Origin: a virus
DNA: 64,000 nt
Virus record (IMG/VR): IMGVR_UViG_3300031772_002569
Location: 10,031 to 74,030 of that record
Reading direction: 5' to 3' (one strand)
Positions within the stretch are counted from its first letter, which is position 1. The number at the start of each line of letters is the position of its first letter. A program made the translations under genes and the position numbers. The notes beneath the pieces were generated by a model. It had not been told where the DNA came from. It searched no databases and saw only the letters and a program-made list of their open reading frames with translations. Positions 29,777 through 39,505 of the stretch are shown in pieces.

Positions 29777-32161
29777 TTATACTATTGATTTTGCTGCTTT
29801 TATTCCACTGGTAGTGGGTAATTTAGTAGGGTCAGAAGTGGTTTGTTGTGGAACAGCCGATTCACTTCCTGCAATAAGAAAGGATTGTTTAGTCTGTGCA
29901 TCAATTTGTGAATCAATTCTACCCCTTAAATTTAGAGATGGATTCGTTTCACCATTATACTCCACCATATTCTTGTGGAATTCTGTTGGTTCAGGCAAGA
30001 ACGGGGTGTTGTTAGATGAAATAAATACTCCCTCTGTGTAATCATCTGTGTGTGGAGCATGCCCAAAGTTGGAGTTACCAACGATAGCTCTTTCTTTTTC
30101 CAATACATCACACGTAATAGCTATTTCAACTTCTCTAGGGAGTTGAGCGTAGTTTTTTCCGATTATATTGGAACTTATTATTTTCTTTAAATAGTTCCAG
30201 TCTTCGGTTGGATTATTTAACTCGTTTAATGTTTCCCACGAAGCATCATCAGGTATATTGATTGTTATACTTTTGATGACTATGGGTTGGAATTTATACA
30301 AGTCACCTATAGTAAGCATGAACATAGGTGGCACCATAAATCTATCAAATGCTACTCCCCCTGAGTTTGTGTAGTTTGATGGTTTTACGCAGCCTGCCAT
30401 ATAATTGATTTTTCTCCACGTAGGAAGTAGTTCTTTTATGCTGCTTACTACTATGTTGAATGTGAATGATAACGTTCTGCTAAATCCGCTGTAGCTGTAA
30501 ACTTGGTCGGCTCGTCCTATGAATCTCAATTCATCCCAAAATGCCGTACCACCTTCTGATATTCCCTTTACTGTAGCTCTGAATGGGATATATTTTTCGT
30601 TTACTATATCATAAAAATAAAATGCTATGATATCATCTTCATAGGGTTTCCATTCTTCCCACCCAGTAAAGTCATCTAATGGAATTTTTTCTGCTGACGA
30701 ACCGTTGTTGATTAGTTTTCTGTCTTTTCCTATTATTGATATTCTGTTTATTCCATCCGACCTGTTGGTCGTAGAAAGTTTTTTACTTGATCTTGGTTGA
30801 TGTGTATCCAATGTCTGTGTATTGTTCGAGTATTCGTTTAAATACTTTCCTCTTCCTATTGCATTATAACCCATCAATACAGGATCGGTTTGTGGAGCTG
30901 ATAATGCTCTCGAACCAGGTTCGGTTTTTACTGAATACCCTGCTGTTTCTATGCCGTTTATTAACCTCTTTAAACTAGAATTGATTGTTTCTACTCCTAT
31001 CGATTTAGGATTATCAAACTTTGTTTTCCAAAATGATTGGTTGTTTGCTGGAGCCTCACTCGTATAATTGGCATAGTTTACTAATACTTCTGAATTGGTA
31101 AATTCTCCTTCATTTGCAATTTTAACATAATCTCCATATTTGGTTTTTGTGTCGGTTATTTCGTATCCTGTGGGGCTGTTTATTACAGAGAATCCTTTTC
31201 TAATAAAAAGGTCTTTTCCTTTTAATCCTCCGTTAGCTAATAAATCAGTGATTGAAAACGTTCCTCCTGCTGCTGGTATAAACTTTTTTCTATTATTTAC
31301 ATTCGATCCTCTTGATGTAAACCAAGACTGAACTAAGTCAAATCTGTTAGAGGATATCATTAGTTCATAAGCTTTTTCATCCGGGCGTGTCTTGTAACTT
31401 GTGTTGATGAGATTTGTGCTTAGGAATAATGACTTCATCGAATTCTTTATAGATTCAATAAAACTTGGTATTCCTGTTGACGTTGTTGATTTGGCCCACT
31501 TTGTTTGTAAATTGTAATATGCTTTTCCAGCGTTTGGACTTCTAATTAATCCATGTCCTCCATCGGAGGATTCTTTAGGCAATGAGACTGCCCCTGGAGC
31601 GGTTAATGCTGCTGTATTGAATCCAAATGCCGAACCTATGGCTGCTGTGATTCCGTTTTGGATGTTTATGTGTCTTGCAACTCTCGGTAACAATCCTAAA
31701 GTAGCCGGTCGGCCAACAGAAAGCATCACAGAAAGAGGATTGTATAATCTTGTTTCTGGATAGGGATTCATTGTTTGTAATACTCCCTGTTTTATATAGA
31801 AAAGAACTCCGGCTGAAGAAATAGAAAATTTTCCAATTCTTACTAAGTCATCCAGCGTGTCTTTTATTGGAAACGCTTGGGATTCCAGTAGTTTAAATTT
31901 AGATGGCAACGAACCTATTGCTGGTCCGTCATCTCCTGGATATTTGTAAACGAATGGTTGTTTATTTGGTAAAAAATTCAATATCGAATCATAGTTTGTA
32001 TAAGGAGAAAGTGTCCTATACAACTGTCGTTCATTGGATTTAAATAACAAACTTATTTTTCCTGGTACGGGTCTTGTAGGATAGTTAGGTGGAACACGCC
32101 TTAAGTTTGCAGGAAATCCTTGTAGGGGCCGTATCGCGTCAATTCTGTTATCGTTTGGCAT
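29777..32161 (-). CDS. putative baseplate / tail-tube initiator protein (gp48/gp54-like C-terminal domain)
   Basis: FRATVKGISE...W...FIGRADQVYSYSGFSRTLSFTF...PPMFMLTIGDLY; lies between the tape measure and LysM genes. Confidence 0.65.
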   Translation of the reverse strand: MPNDNRIDAIRPLQGFPANLRRVPPNYPTRPVPGKISLLFKSNERQLYRTLSPYTNYDSILNFLPNKQPFVYKYPGDDGPAIGSLPSKFKLLESQAFPIKDTLDDLVRIGKFSISSAGVLFYIKQGVLQTMNPYPETRLYNPLSVMLSVGRPATLGLLPRVARHINIQNGITAAIGSAFGFNTAALTAPGAVSLPKESSDGGHGLIRSPNAGKAYYNLQTKWAKSTTSTGIPSFIESIKNSMKSLFLSTNLINTSYKTRPDEKAYELMISSNRFDLVQSWFTSRGSNVNNRKKFIPAAGGTFSITDLLANGGLKGKDLFIRKGFSVINSPTGYEITDTKTKYGDYVKIANEGEFTNSEVLVNYANYTSEAPANNQSFWKTKFDNPKSIGVETINSSLKRLINGIETAGYSVKTEPGSRALSAPQTDPVLMGYNAIGRGKYLNEYSNNTQTLDTHQPRSSKKLSTTNRSDGINRISIIGKDRKLINNGSSAEKIPLDDFTGWEEWKPYEDDIIAFYFYDIVNEKYIPFRATVKGISEGGTAFWDELRFIGRADQVYSYSGFSRTLSFTFNIVVSSIKELLPTWRKINYMAGCVKPSNYTNSGGVAFDRFMVPPMFMLTIGDLYKFQPIVIKSITINIPDDASWETLNELNNPTEDWNYLKKIISSNIIGKNYAQLPREVEIAITCDVLEKERAIVGNSNFGHAPHTDDYTEGVFISSNNTPFLPEPTEFHKNMVEYNGETNPSLNLRGRIDSQIDAQTKQSFLIAGSESAVPQQTTSDPTKLPTTSGIKAAKSIV

Positions 32162-32171
32162 AATTTCTTAT

Positions 32172-34538
32172 TTATACAGTTCTTGGCGAATTGGTTCCAT
32201 ATCCATTTGTGAATCTTGTTGTTCTATCTGTTTGAGATGAAAGTAATTGAGAATCTATATATACATTTGCCATTATTCCTCCTGATGCTAAATCTTTTCT
32301 CATTGCACAAATTTCATCTTTGATTGCTTGTAAGGCTGAATTGGTTCCGGATTCTTTTTCTTGTTTGCCGGTCAATTTAGTTCCTGCAGTTTCAAATCCC
32401 ACCGACAAATCATTTAGTTTGTCGAATTCCATTTTAGGTATAGAATTTATCGCTACTGCCAAATCCTTTAATGCTGATGTAAGGCTTAATACTTGTGATA
32501 CCGTTTTTATTAAACTAAGAGTCTGTAGGTCTTTAAATCCCTGAACTATTACTTGGAATCCACTTGCAAAATTTTGTATAGCTTTGGACGCTATCCACAT
32601 GGCAGCCGAAAATGGTATCAACGAGGCACCTAATAAAGCTATTGCTAGGGAGCCGGCAGCTATAAGTGGTAAAATAGGCCCCAATATTGCTGCGCCTATT
32701 GCTAACGCTGTTATACCAGCGGCAGCGATAAAGAACGTTTTCCAATTAACTCCATCCATCAATTTCATAGCAAATGCTAGTGGTATCAAAGAAGCACTCA
32801 ATGCTAGGATGTTTATTACACCCCTTAATATAGATGGTGATGCCATTGCTCTTATTCCTGATGCTGTTCCTTTAAAGAATGCCCCTACACCTTTTCCTAA
32901 CCCGGCTCCTATTCCACTAAAAAATTTCGACAAACCAAAGAATACAGCAGCTAATGCACCAGCACCAACTACTGCCGCTGCCAATCCTGCACCCCATCCG
33001 TAAGTGTGTTTATTGATGAATGATAGGGTATTTGCGATTGCACCTAAAACGTTATCTATTATAGGCAAAAATGACTCCGCAATTCTTTGGGTAAGGGCTT
33101 TCCAGGACTGTTGAATGGATTCTATTCGTGCGCTGTTATTCTTTATTGACAATATTTGTCTTTCACTTTGAGCTTCGTCTTTGACTCTTTGTGCGGTTGC
33201 TTTAGTTAGACTGTTATACGATTTTAATTGATTTCGAATACCCGCATCCGTAGAACGGTTCAATCTATCCATTTCTCTGTCTGCTTGCAACATTTTACCC
33301 AATTCGTCTGCTGATTTTCCTAATGCTGTAGCTATGGCTTTTTGTGTAATAGGATCACGTTCTTCAAAACTTGATTCCTTTGCTATTTTTAAAATTTCTT
33401 CATTCAATCCTTTTAAGTCTCTAGCAAATGATAAATCTCTTGCTTTTTGTAAATTCATGGATTTACCCATTAATACGCTTGCTTCCATTTCATCTCTAAC
33501 CGAAGAAGTGAAATCAATTAGTTTTTCTGCGGAACTGGCAGCGGATGTTAATGAAGTTCCCAATCTTTTTGCTTCCACGGCAGCCTTTGTTATGGCTATG
33601 GGAGAACGAGACATAAAAGTGTAATGAGATTTTGTTGCATTAGCGACATCCTTCATTACTTCGTCTAAGTTGGTATCGGCGGCCTGAGATAATTTAGCAG
33701 CAAACAAAGCAACGTCGAGTTGTGACTCAGCTGTTGTTCCAGCAACGGATGCCATGGTTCTTAAAAATTCTGCTGACGTAGAGGCTGATATACCGAGTTG
33801 TTGAGACATTAAGGCCATGTCTATTTTCATTCTCTTGGTAGAAGATAGTGCTGTTCCAAAAGACTCGGCTATGGCTTTTACTGATTCATATACATGTTTG
33901 GCAGTCACTCCTACGGCCCCATACTCAAATTGAATACTTCTTGCATCGTCATCTATGCTCTTAGTAAACTCTCTGGTTATTCCCAAAGATTTTCTGAAAT
34001 CTGCGGCAGCCTTATCAATTTCATTAAACGTATCAAGTATAAATTTAAATAATTTTACAGCTAAAACTATTCCGATTAACATTGGTCCACCTGAAGACCA
34101 TAGTTCCGAGAGTTCTGATGTTATCTTCTTTACTCCGTTTATTCCCAATGATTCACTTACCAATTCTCCACTTCTTTGTTTATGGAGTTTTGCATATTCT
34201 TCTTGCATCCCCCTAATATGATCCTCTTGATTCATTAATTGATTAGTGAGTTCTTGTGATTTAGCAATATCAGTTGTTCCTAGATCTGAAATATCTTTAC
34301 GAAGACTGCTTATTTTAACTAACCTAGCATGCATGTTTGCTTCCAATGCATTAATTTTTGATTGGGTGCTTAGTTGTGAACTCTGAACAGATTCTATTAT
34401 TCTGTGATGTGCGCCGATGTCTTTTAAGAAACTCATGTGAAGTTCATACTCCGCGGCGGAGCTTTTTAAACTTTCGAGTACATCGCGGCTAGCGTCTGCG
34501 TAGTCTTTTAACGTATCTTTATCTATTCGGTCAGGCAT
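32172..34538 (-). CDS. tail tape measure protein
   Basis: Long helical Ala/Ser/Lys-rich protein with a hydrophobic Gly/Ala-rich segment; downstream of the chaperone; late motif at 34556-34563. Confidence 0.85.
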   Translation of the reverse strand: MPDRIDKDTLKDYADASRDVLESLKSSAAEYELHMSFLKDIGAHHRIIESVQSSQLSTQSKINALEANMHARLVKISSLRKDISDLGTTDIAKSQELTNQLMNQEDHIRGMQEEYAKLHKQRSGELVSESLGINGVKKITSELSELWSSGGPMLIGIVLAVKLFKFILDTFNEIDKAAADFRKSLGITREFTKSIDDDARSIQFEYGAVGVTAKHVYESVKAIAESFGTALSSTKRMKIDMALMSQQLGISASTSAEFLRTMASVAGTTAESQLDVALFAAKLSQAADTNLDEVMKDVANATKSHYTFMSRSPIAITKAAVEAKRLGTSLTSAASSAEKLIDFTSSVRDEMEASVLMGKSMNLQKARDLSFARDLKGLNEEILKIAKESSFEERDPITQKAIATALGKSADELGKMLQADREMDRLNRSTDAGIRNQLKSYNSLTKATAQRVKDEAQSERQILSIKNNSARIESIQQSWKALTQRIAESFLPIIDNVLGAIANTLSFINKHTYGWGAGLAAAVVGAGALAAVFFGLSKFFSGIGAGLGKGVGAFFKGTASGIRAMASPSILRGVINILALSASLIPLAFAMKLMDGVNWKTFFIAAAGITALAIGAAILGPILPLIAAGSLAIALLGASLIPFSAAMWIASKAIQNFASGFQVIVQGFKDLQTLSLIKTVSQVLSLTSALKDLAVAINSIPKMEFDKLNDLSVGFETAGTKLTGKQEKESGTNSALQAIKDEICAMRKDLASGGIMANVYIDSQLLSSQTDRTTRFTNGYGTNSPRTV

Positions 34539-34580
34539 AAATCACTTTGTATGATTATAAATATTGTCCAACTTGCTTAT

Positions 34581-34812
34581 TTAAAGAGTTTTCTGTATAA
34601 CTTTTTTGTTTCCTGTTTGATTCTTTGAATCTTCCGATTGGGATTTCTCCTTCTTCATCTGTTCTATTAGCCATTTTGTATAAAAATACCTCAAGGATAT
34701 AGGCATAGTATATACTTCATCGTGGGTAAATGCACCGTTGGAGTGATATGCTAAGGATACTATATCAGAATGAATTCTGAGTTTATCTTCAGGTAGTAGC
34801 GTCAGGCCATAG
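34581..34812 (-). CDS. tail assembly chaperone C-terminal extension (GT-like; probably expressed by frameshift)
   Basis: FYGL...IHSDIVSLAYHSNGAFTHDEVYTMPISLRYFY. Overlaps the upstream gene in the +1 frame and lacks a credible start of its own. Confidence 0.6.
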
Positions 34813-35616
34813 AAAGGATGCTCCCATTGGGATGTCCATCCTCCTTTCAGTTTCACATTTTTCACAATGGAAATCAAAAGATAAGTCAATGTTTGGAATG
34901 ACTTCTTTCATGTGTTGTCTTAAGGCTAGACTGTCTTTTGCTAATAGTCCCGTGTCAATAAATTTTCGAATTACACCTTGGTCGGAATTACCATCAACGG
35001 AAGTAATTATATATTTTAATCTAGTTGTTAACTCGCTGGAGGATTCTTTTGATACCTTTTTTAAATTTTTCAATTCTTGTTCAATCGAATTATCGTCTGT
35101 TTGATTGAGTAATTTAAATGTTATTTCTTTTCCACAACTAGGAAGTTTGAAACTTATTCTATTTTGTCCCCTTGTCATTCCTGACCAATTTACTTCCTTG
35201 TTTTTTATACTGTTAAGATCTATCACAAGTTTATTTTGTGTGGAACATCTCGAACATTCTACAGATATTGGATATCCATCTCCATAGGCCAACCTTCTCA
35301 CTGCTATTAATATAGCATTTTTATCCTGAGTAAAGATGTCTTCGACTCTTACTGACTTATCAACTATTAGGGATTCGATAAGTTTATCAACTACAGTTCC
35401 TTTTTTAATAAGGTCTTGGTTGGCTAGGATGTCTTCTTCCCTAGCGGTCATTTGTTTTAACTCTATAACACCCGAAGCAAGTGGATTTCCTTCAACATAA
35501 AAAAATCCTTCGGTTGGTAAAGGAATATTTTCTGTTGGATATTTACTTTCTTCTTTTATTTGGGTCGATACAGGAATTCCACCTGGCCTACGTAACGGAA
35601 TTATTTCATCGGTCAT
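34789..35616 (-). CDS. baseplate hub assembly / tail assembly chaperone (T4 gp26-like)
   Basis: LPTEG.FY, MTAREEDIL, D..AILIAVRRLAYG, two CxxC motifs, KLP...ITFKLL, C-terminal FLWP. Confidence 0.8.
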   Translation of the reverse strand: MTDEIIPLRRPGGIPVSTQIKEESKYPTENIPLPTEGFFYVEGNPLASGVIELKQMTAREEDILANQDLIKKGTVVDKLIESLIVDKSVRVEDIFTQDKNAILIAVRRLAYGDGYPISVECSRCSTQNKLVIDLNSIKNKEVNWSGMTRGQNRISFKLPSCGKEITFKLLNQTDDNSIEQELKNLKKVSKESSSELTTRLKYIITSVDGNSDQGVIRKFIDTGLLAKDSLALRQHMKEVIPNIDLSFDFHCEKCETERRMDIPMGASFLWPDATT

Positions 35617-35672
35617 AAAATATTAATCTCTTCTTTGACTAATATATAGGAGGGGATGTATTTTTTTGATTA

Positions 35673-36617
35673 TTATATTTGACCCGCGATCTTCTTGTTT
35701 AGGTCTTGACGTTGTTTTTCTAAATCAGGAATTTTATCTTTTCTCAAATTATCAACGTTTTTCTTCTGAAAAGTGAGTTCTTTTTTCTTGGAGTCCAAGT
35801 CTCTATCTACTTGTTTTTTTGATTTTTCTGCATCTATCTTTGCTTTCATTAAATCTTGCTCTGTATTTTGGCTGCTAAGATCAGTTGGAGTGACATCCCC
35901 TGCTGGCGTAGAAGAAACTGGAGGGGTGCCCATTAATTCTAATATACATTCTTTGATTAATGATTCAATATATTCTTTTGTAATAGACGGTTCTTTTGTT
36001 GGGAATTCTACATCTCTAGCAGAAAATTTATCAACAAGAAGTTTGAATAAACTAGCATCAAACCAACCAAATGCCCATTGAAAGAATTTTCTTTTATTGT
36101 CTTCGGATTGTGTGTTGGATCCTAATGCGTTTCTTACATCGGTTCCATTGATGTTTTTTCCATCTATTTTTACATCGTTAACAATGATGACGTATCCTCT
36201 TTTATCAGCCGTCTCCATGTTGTTTCTATTTGATTCATAAGGTTGATAATAGGCCAATGCACCCTTACGTGTGACCCATATTTCTTTTCCTTGTTTATCT
36301 AATTGTGTTCCACCTATCAATCTTTGTTTGTCTTTTTCTCCTAAAGCAAAAATTGCAGCCGCACCTGGAAATTTACTAATTACTTCTACGGGAGTGTATC
36401 CGTTTTTTACCTGAACAACGTGACTGGAAGGGATTCCGTGTTTTACTAAAATCATTTCTTTTTCTGCAAAAGATAATGGAGAGTCGGGGAGTTCTACTTT
36501 ATTTGATGTTACAACAAATGTATCAATTCCAACTAACTGTTTTAGTTGTTTATAAACCTCTAAATGTCCTCGGTGGGGAGGTTGAAATCTTCCTGTATAG
36601 ATGCCTATGGTTTTCAT
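35673..36617 (-). CDS. HIGH-motif nucleotidyltransferase (cytidylyltransferase/NMNAT-like) with C-terminal coiled coil
   Basis: YTGRFQPPHRGH, SPLSFAEK, INGTDVR; C-terminal ITKEYIESLIKECILE helix. Confidence 0.8.
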   Translation of the reverse strand: MKTIGIYTGRFQPPHRGHLEVYKQLKQLVGIDTFVVTSNKVELPDSPLSFAEKEMILVKHGIPSSHVVQVKNGYTPVEVISKFPGAAAIFALGEKDKQRLIGGTQLDKQGKEIWVTRKGALAYYQPYESNRNNMETADKRGYVIIVNDVKIDGKNINGTDVRNALGSNTQSEDNKRKFFQWAFGWFDASLFKLLVDKFSARDVEFPTKEPSITKEYIESLIKECILELMGTPPVSSTPAGDVTPTDLSSQNTEQDLMKAKIDAEKSKKQVDRDLDSKKKELTFQKKNVDNLRKDKIPDLEKQRQDLNKKIAGQI

Positions 36618-37291
36618 TATGCTACATAGTTAGTTACTTCATAACTTCCTGTGGGCATTCTGTAGATACTTACATGAAGGTATTTTCTTGTTGGTTTGCC
36701 CTTATATTGTAAGAGTTTATAGTGTGCATCTTTGTGTTGTTCGTAATTAATTCCCCCATACATATAAGGTCCACGAACACCGTGTCTGTCATTATCTGTA
36801 GGTTCGTTTTCTTTTGGGTCAACCATGATTCTATTTTTGTCAACGAAATCTTCAACCGAACTCAGAGCGTCACTTAGAGTTCTTTGGAATTTAAATAAGT
36901 TTGTGGTTTCATCTATACCAGCGTTCTTATTTGTATATTTTAAAAATTTTCCTCCAGCTATATCATTCCACACATTTCCTATTGGGTATGTAGAATTTTC
37001 GCCAACTAAATAAGTCTCATAATCGTTCAATGAAAATTGATCTTGAATGGCCAAAATTATTTGTCCAAAATTTGGGTCATTCGATTTTCTTAATTCTAAT
37101 TCCAATGTCTTATACGCTTGGTTCATGTTGGAAGTCCAATGATTTGTTTCATTGACAGGATCTTTGGCCGGCTGCGGTTCAATCATTGCGTGACTGTATC
37201 CAAGATTTTCTCTGATTATGGATTTAATTATCTCCTTTAATTCAACCCTTGATAATCTTGATGGTAGCGATTTCATTTCTTTGTTCTTCAT
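36617..37291 (-). CDS. hypothetical late protein with LKEIIKSIIRE leader
   Basis: TATTTATA at 37299-37306; leader-type helix. Confidence 0.75.
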   Translation of the reverse strand: MKNKEMKSLPSRLSRVELKEIIKSIIRENLGYSHAMIEPQPAKDPVNETNHWTSNMNQAYKTLELELRKSNDPNFGQIILAIQDQFSLNDYETYLVGENSTYPIGNVWNDIAGGKFLKYTNKNAGIDETTNLFKFQRTLSDALSSVEDFVDKNRIMVDPKENEPTDNDRHGVRGPYMYGGINYEQHKDAHYKLLQYKGKPTRKYLHVSIYRMPTGSYEVTNYVA

Positions 37292-37327
37292 GTTACCATA
37301 TAAATATACATCATTAAAATGAAAAAC

Positions 37328-37356
37328 AAAAAACCCGGCGTTTCGGCCGGGCTTTC
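37328..37356 (-). terminator. rho-independent terminator after the tail tube gene
   Basis: cccggc/gccggg stem followed by a U-tract on the minus strand. Confidence 0.8.
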
Positions 37357-37386
37357 ATTGTTGTTAACTGTGTAATGATATAAATA

Positions 37387-37878
37387 CTAAAACTGAAGTA
37401 TGGCGTAATCGTAACTGATTGTAGCCACCACCATAAGTGCGTCACCTGTGTTTGACCAATCTAAGGTTCCGAAATCTGTATTGGTAACGAAGGCGCCTTT
37501 GTAGGTCCACTCTTCTACTTTGTCACCAACCGGTCCTAATACATTGATTGTGATGTCTTTCTTATAAAAATCTTGATATCCATCACGGCCCGTGACAGAT
37601 TCATGGCCCAAACGAATCCATTCCATTACTGCTTGTGCGGCTGAAGGAACGATTGGGTCGTAAAGTTCTAACGTTACTTCCTGCCAAATCGTCTTACCTT
37701 TATAGTAACGTTGAAGGTTGATGTGGTCTAAGGCTTTTCTTTCGCTTACGGGTTTTGGGCGGTCAACCTTTTTGATTACAAACGAAGCAATTCCATCAAC
37801 ATACATGATGAAACGATGTTGTGTTTTTGGTTCAAACGCTGTCCAAAATATCTCATTAGAATTTAGCAAGTCAGCCAT
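37387..37878 (-). CDS. tail tube protein (T4 gp19-like)
   Basis: FEPK..HRF, RP, W..VTLELYDPI.PS.AQAVMEW, YKKDI...LGPVGD.VEEW..KGAF, YDYA. Confidence 0.9.
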   Translation of the reverse strand: MADLLNSNEIFWTAFEPKTQHRFIMYVDGIASFVIKKVDRPKPVSERKALDHINLQRYYKGKTIWQEVTLELYDPIVPSAAQAVMEWIRLGHESVTGRDGYQDFYKKDITINVLGPVGDKVEEWTYKGAFVTNTDFGTLDWSNTGDALMVVATISYDYAILQF

Positions 37879-37919
37879 AAAATTAGTCTTTCTTTAATGT
37901 TGTGTTGTTTATCACACTG

Positions 37920-37927
37920 TATAAATA
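37920..37927 (-). promoter_or_regulatory. putative late promoter TATTTATA for the tube gene
   Basis: Recurrent octamer upstream of structural genes. Confidence 0.6.
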
Positions 37928-38005
37928 TTTGTTGACATAATAAATTGATTCTTTTTGAATACAATTCATAATTATCATCGACGTTCGAACCAATAGTTTA
38001 ATGAC

Positions 38006-39505
38006 ATGAAAAAAGACCCTATTATAAAAACTTGTAACTTCTGTGAAAAAGAATACGAGATACCTCATAGAAAAAGAAGTATGGCTTCCACACGTCGGTT
38101 TTGTTCTAAGTCTTGTTCCAATAAAAGCCCTGATGTGATTGAAAAGATAAAACAGAAACAGTTGGAAACATATCAGGAAAAATACGGTGTTAGTCATCCC
38201 ATGAAAACTAAGGAAGTTGTTTCTAAGTTCAAATCATCGATGAAGGAAAAATATGGAGTAGAACATGCTTTATGTTCTTCTGAGTTTTTAGAAAAATCAC
38301 ATGCCACAAAACTAAAAAAATATGGTGATGTTAATTTTAATAACGTCGAAAAAATGAAACAAACTTGTCTGAAGCTTTATGGTGTAGATAATATAAGAAA
38401 ATCCAAGGATGTTGTTGATATGATAAACACGACTGTAATGGATAAACATTTTGATTATCTTATTAAGGTGTGTAAAGAATGTAATATCGCTCTTCTTTTT
38501 AATCGAAAAGAATACGTTGGGTATCATTTTACAAATTCATACAAGTTTAAGTGTGAAGTTTGTGATAATGAATTTTCTAATTCTGTATATCATCTTTCAA
38601 ATTTGTATTGTAACAAATGTCATCCGGATAAACGTTTAAAATTGGAGGGATCGTTTTTTGAATTTTTGAAATTGATTGTTCCATCTAACATAGAAATTAA
38701 AAGAAGAGATAGGGCTATCTTGTATGGAAAGGAATTAGACTTTTTTATTCCATACAAAAAGATATCATTTGAAATTAATGGTCTTTACTGGCACAGTGAA
38801 TGTTCAGGTAATATATCAAAAAACTACCATCTCAACAAGACTAAGAATTGTTTGTTTCACGGAATAAAGTTAATGCATATTTTTGAAAATGAGTGGATAG
38901 AAAAATCGGATATAGTAAAATCCATAATAAGATCAACACTGGGTTATCAATCCAATAGGATTTATGCGAGGGAATGTGTGGTGGGAGAAGTTTCCATAGT
39001 TGATAAGAATAAATTTCTCAATAACAATCATCTTCAAGGAGAAGACAAATCAACCATAAAGTTGGGTCTGTATAAAGATGATGAATTGATGTCAATCATG
39101 ACCTTTAGAAGAACGTCCAGGTTTGACAAGGATGTAGAATGGGAGTTATCTAGGTTTTGTAATAAGTTAGAATATTCCATCGTCGGTGGAGCTAGTAAGT
39201 TGTTTTCTCACTTTGTTGAAAATCATCATCCAAAATCTATAGTTAGTTATAGCGACCGACGATATTTTAGCGGAGAAATTTATTCCATTCTTGGGTTTAA
39301 TTTTATACACAATACTCCACCAAACTATCACTATGTAACAGATGGATATAAAGGGATAAAAAATAGGATGTCATTTCAAAAACACAAATTAAAAAACATA
39401 TTACCTATTTTTGATGATGGTCTGTCGGAGTGGGAAAATATGAAAAAGAATGGATTCGATAGAATCTGGGATTGTGGACACTCTAAATGGATATTTAAAT
39501 CTTAG
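38006..39505 (+). mobile_element. free-standing homing endonuclease-like gene (Zn fingers, KYG repeats, Vsr/PD-(D/E)XK-like domain, C-terminal Mom/GNAT-like domain)
   Basis: CxxC...FCSKSC, repeated EKYGV units, ELDFFIP...FEINGLYWHS...HIFENEW, WELSRFC...SYSDRR; antisense to its neighbours. Confidence 0.75.

Noticed and set aside
34813-34889. N-terminal part of the 102-aa ORF as listed (TTG start at 34889)
   Set aside because: It overlaps the conserved C-terminus of the chaperone and has no initiation context; better explained by a frameshift at 34810-34818
37883-38197. Minus-strand 104-aa ORF upstream of the tube gene
   Set aside because: It overlaps the homing endonuclease antisense and spans the tube promoter region; no recognisable features
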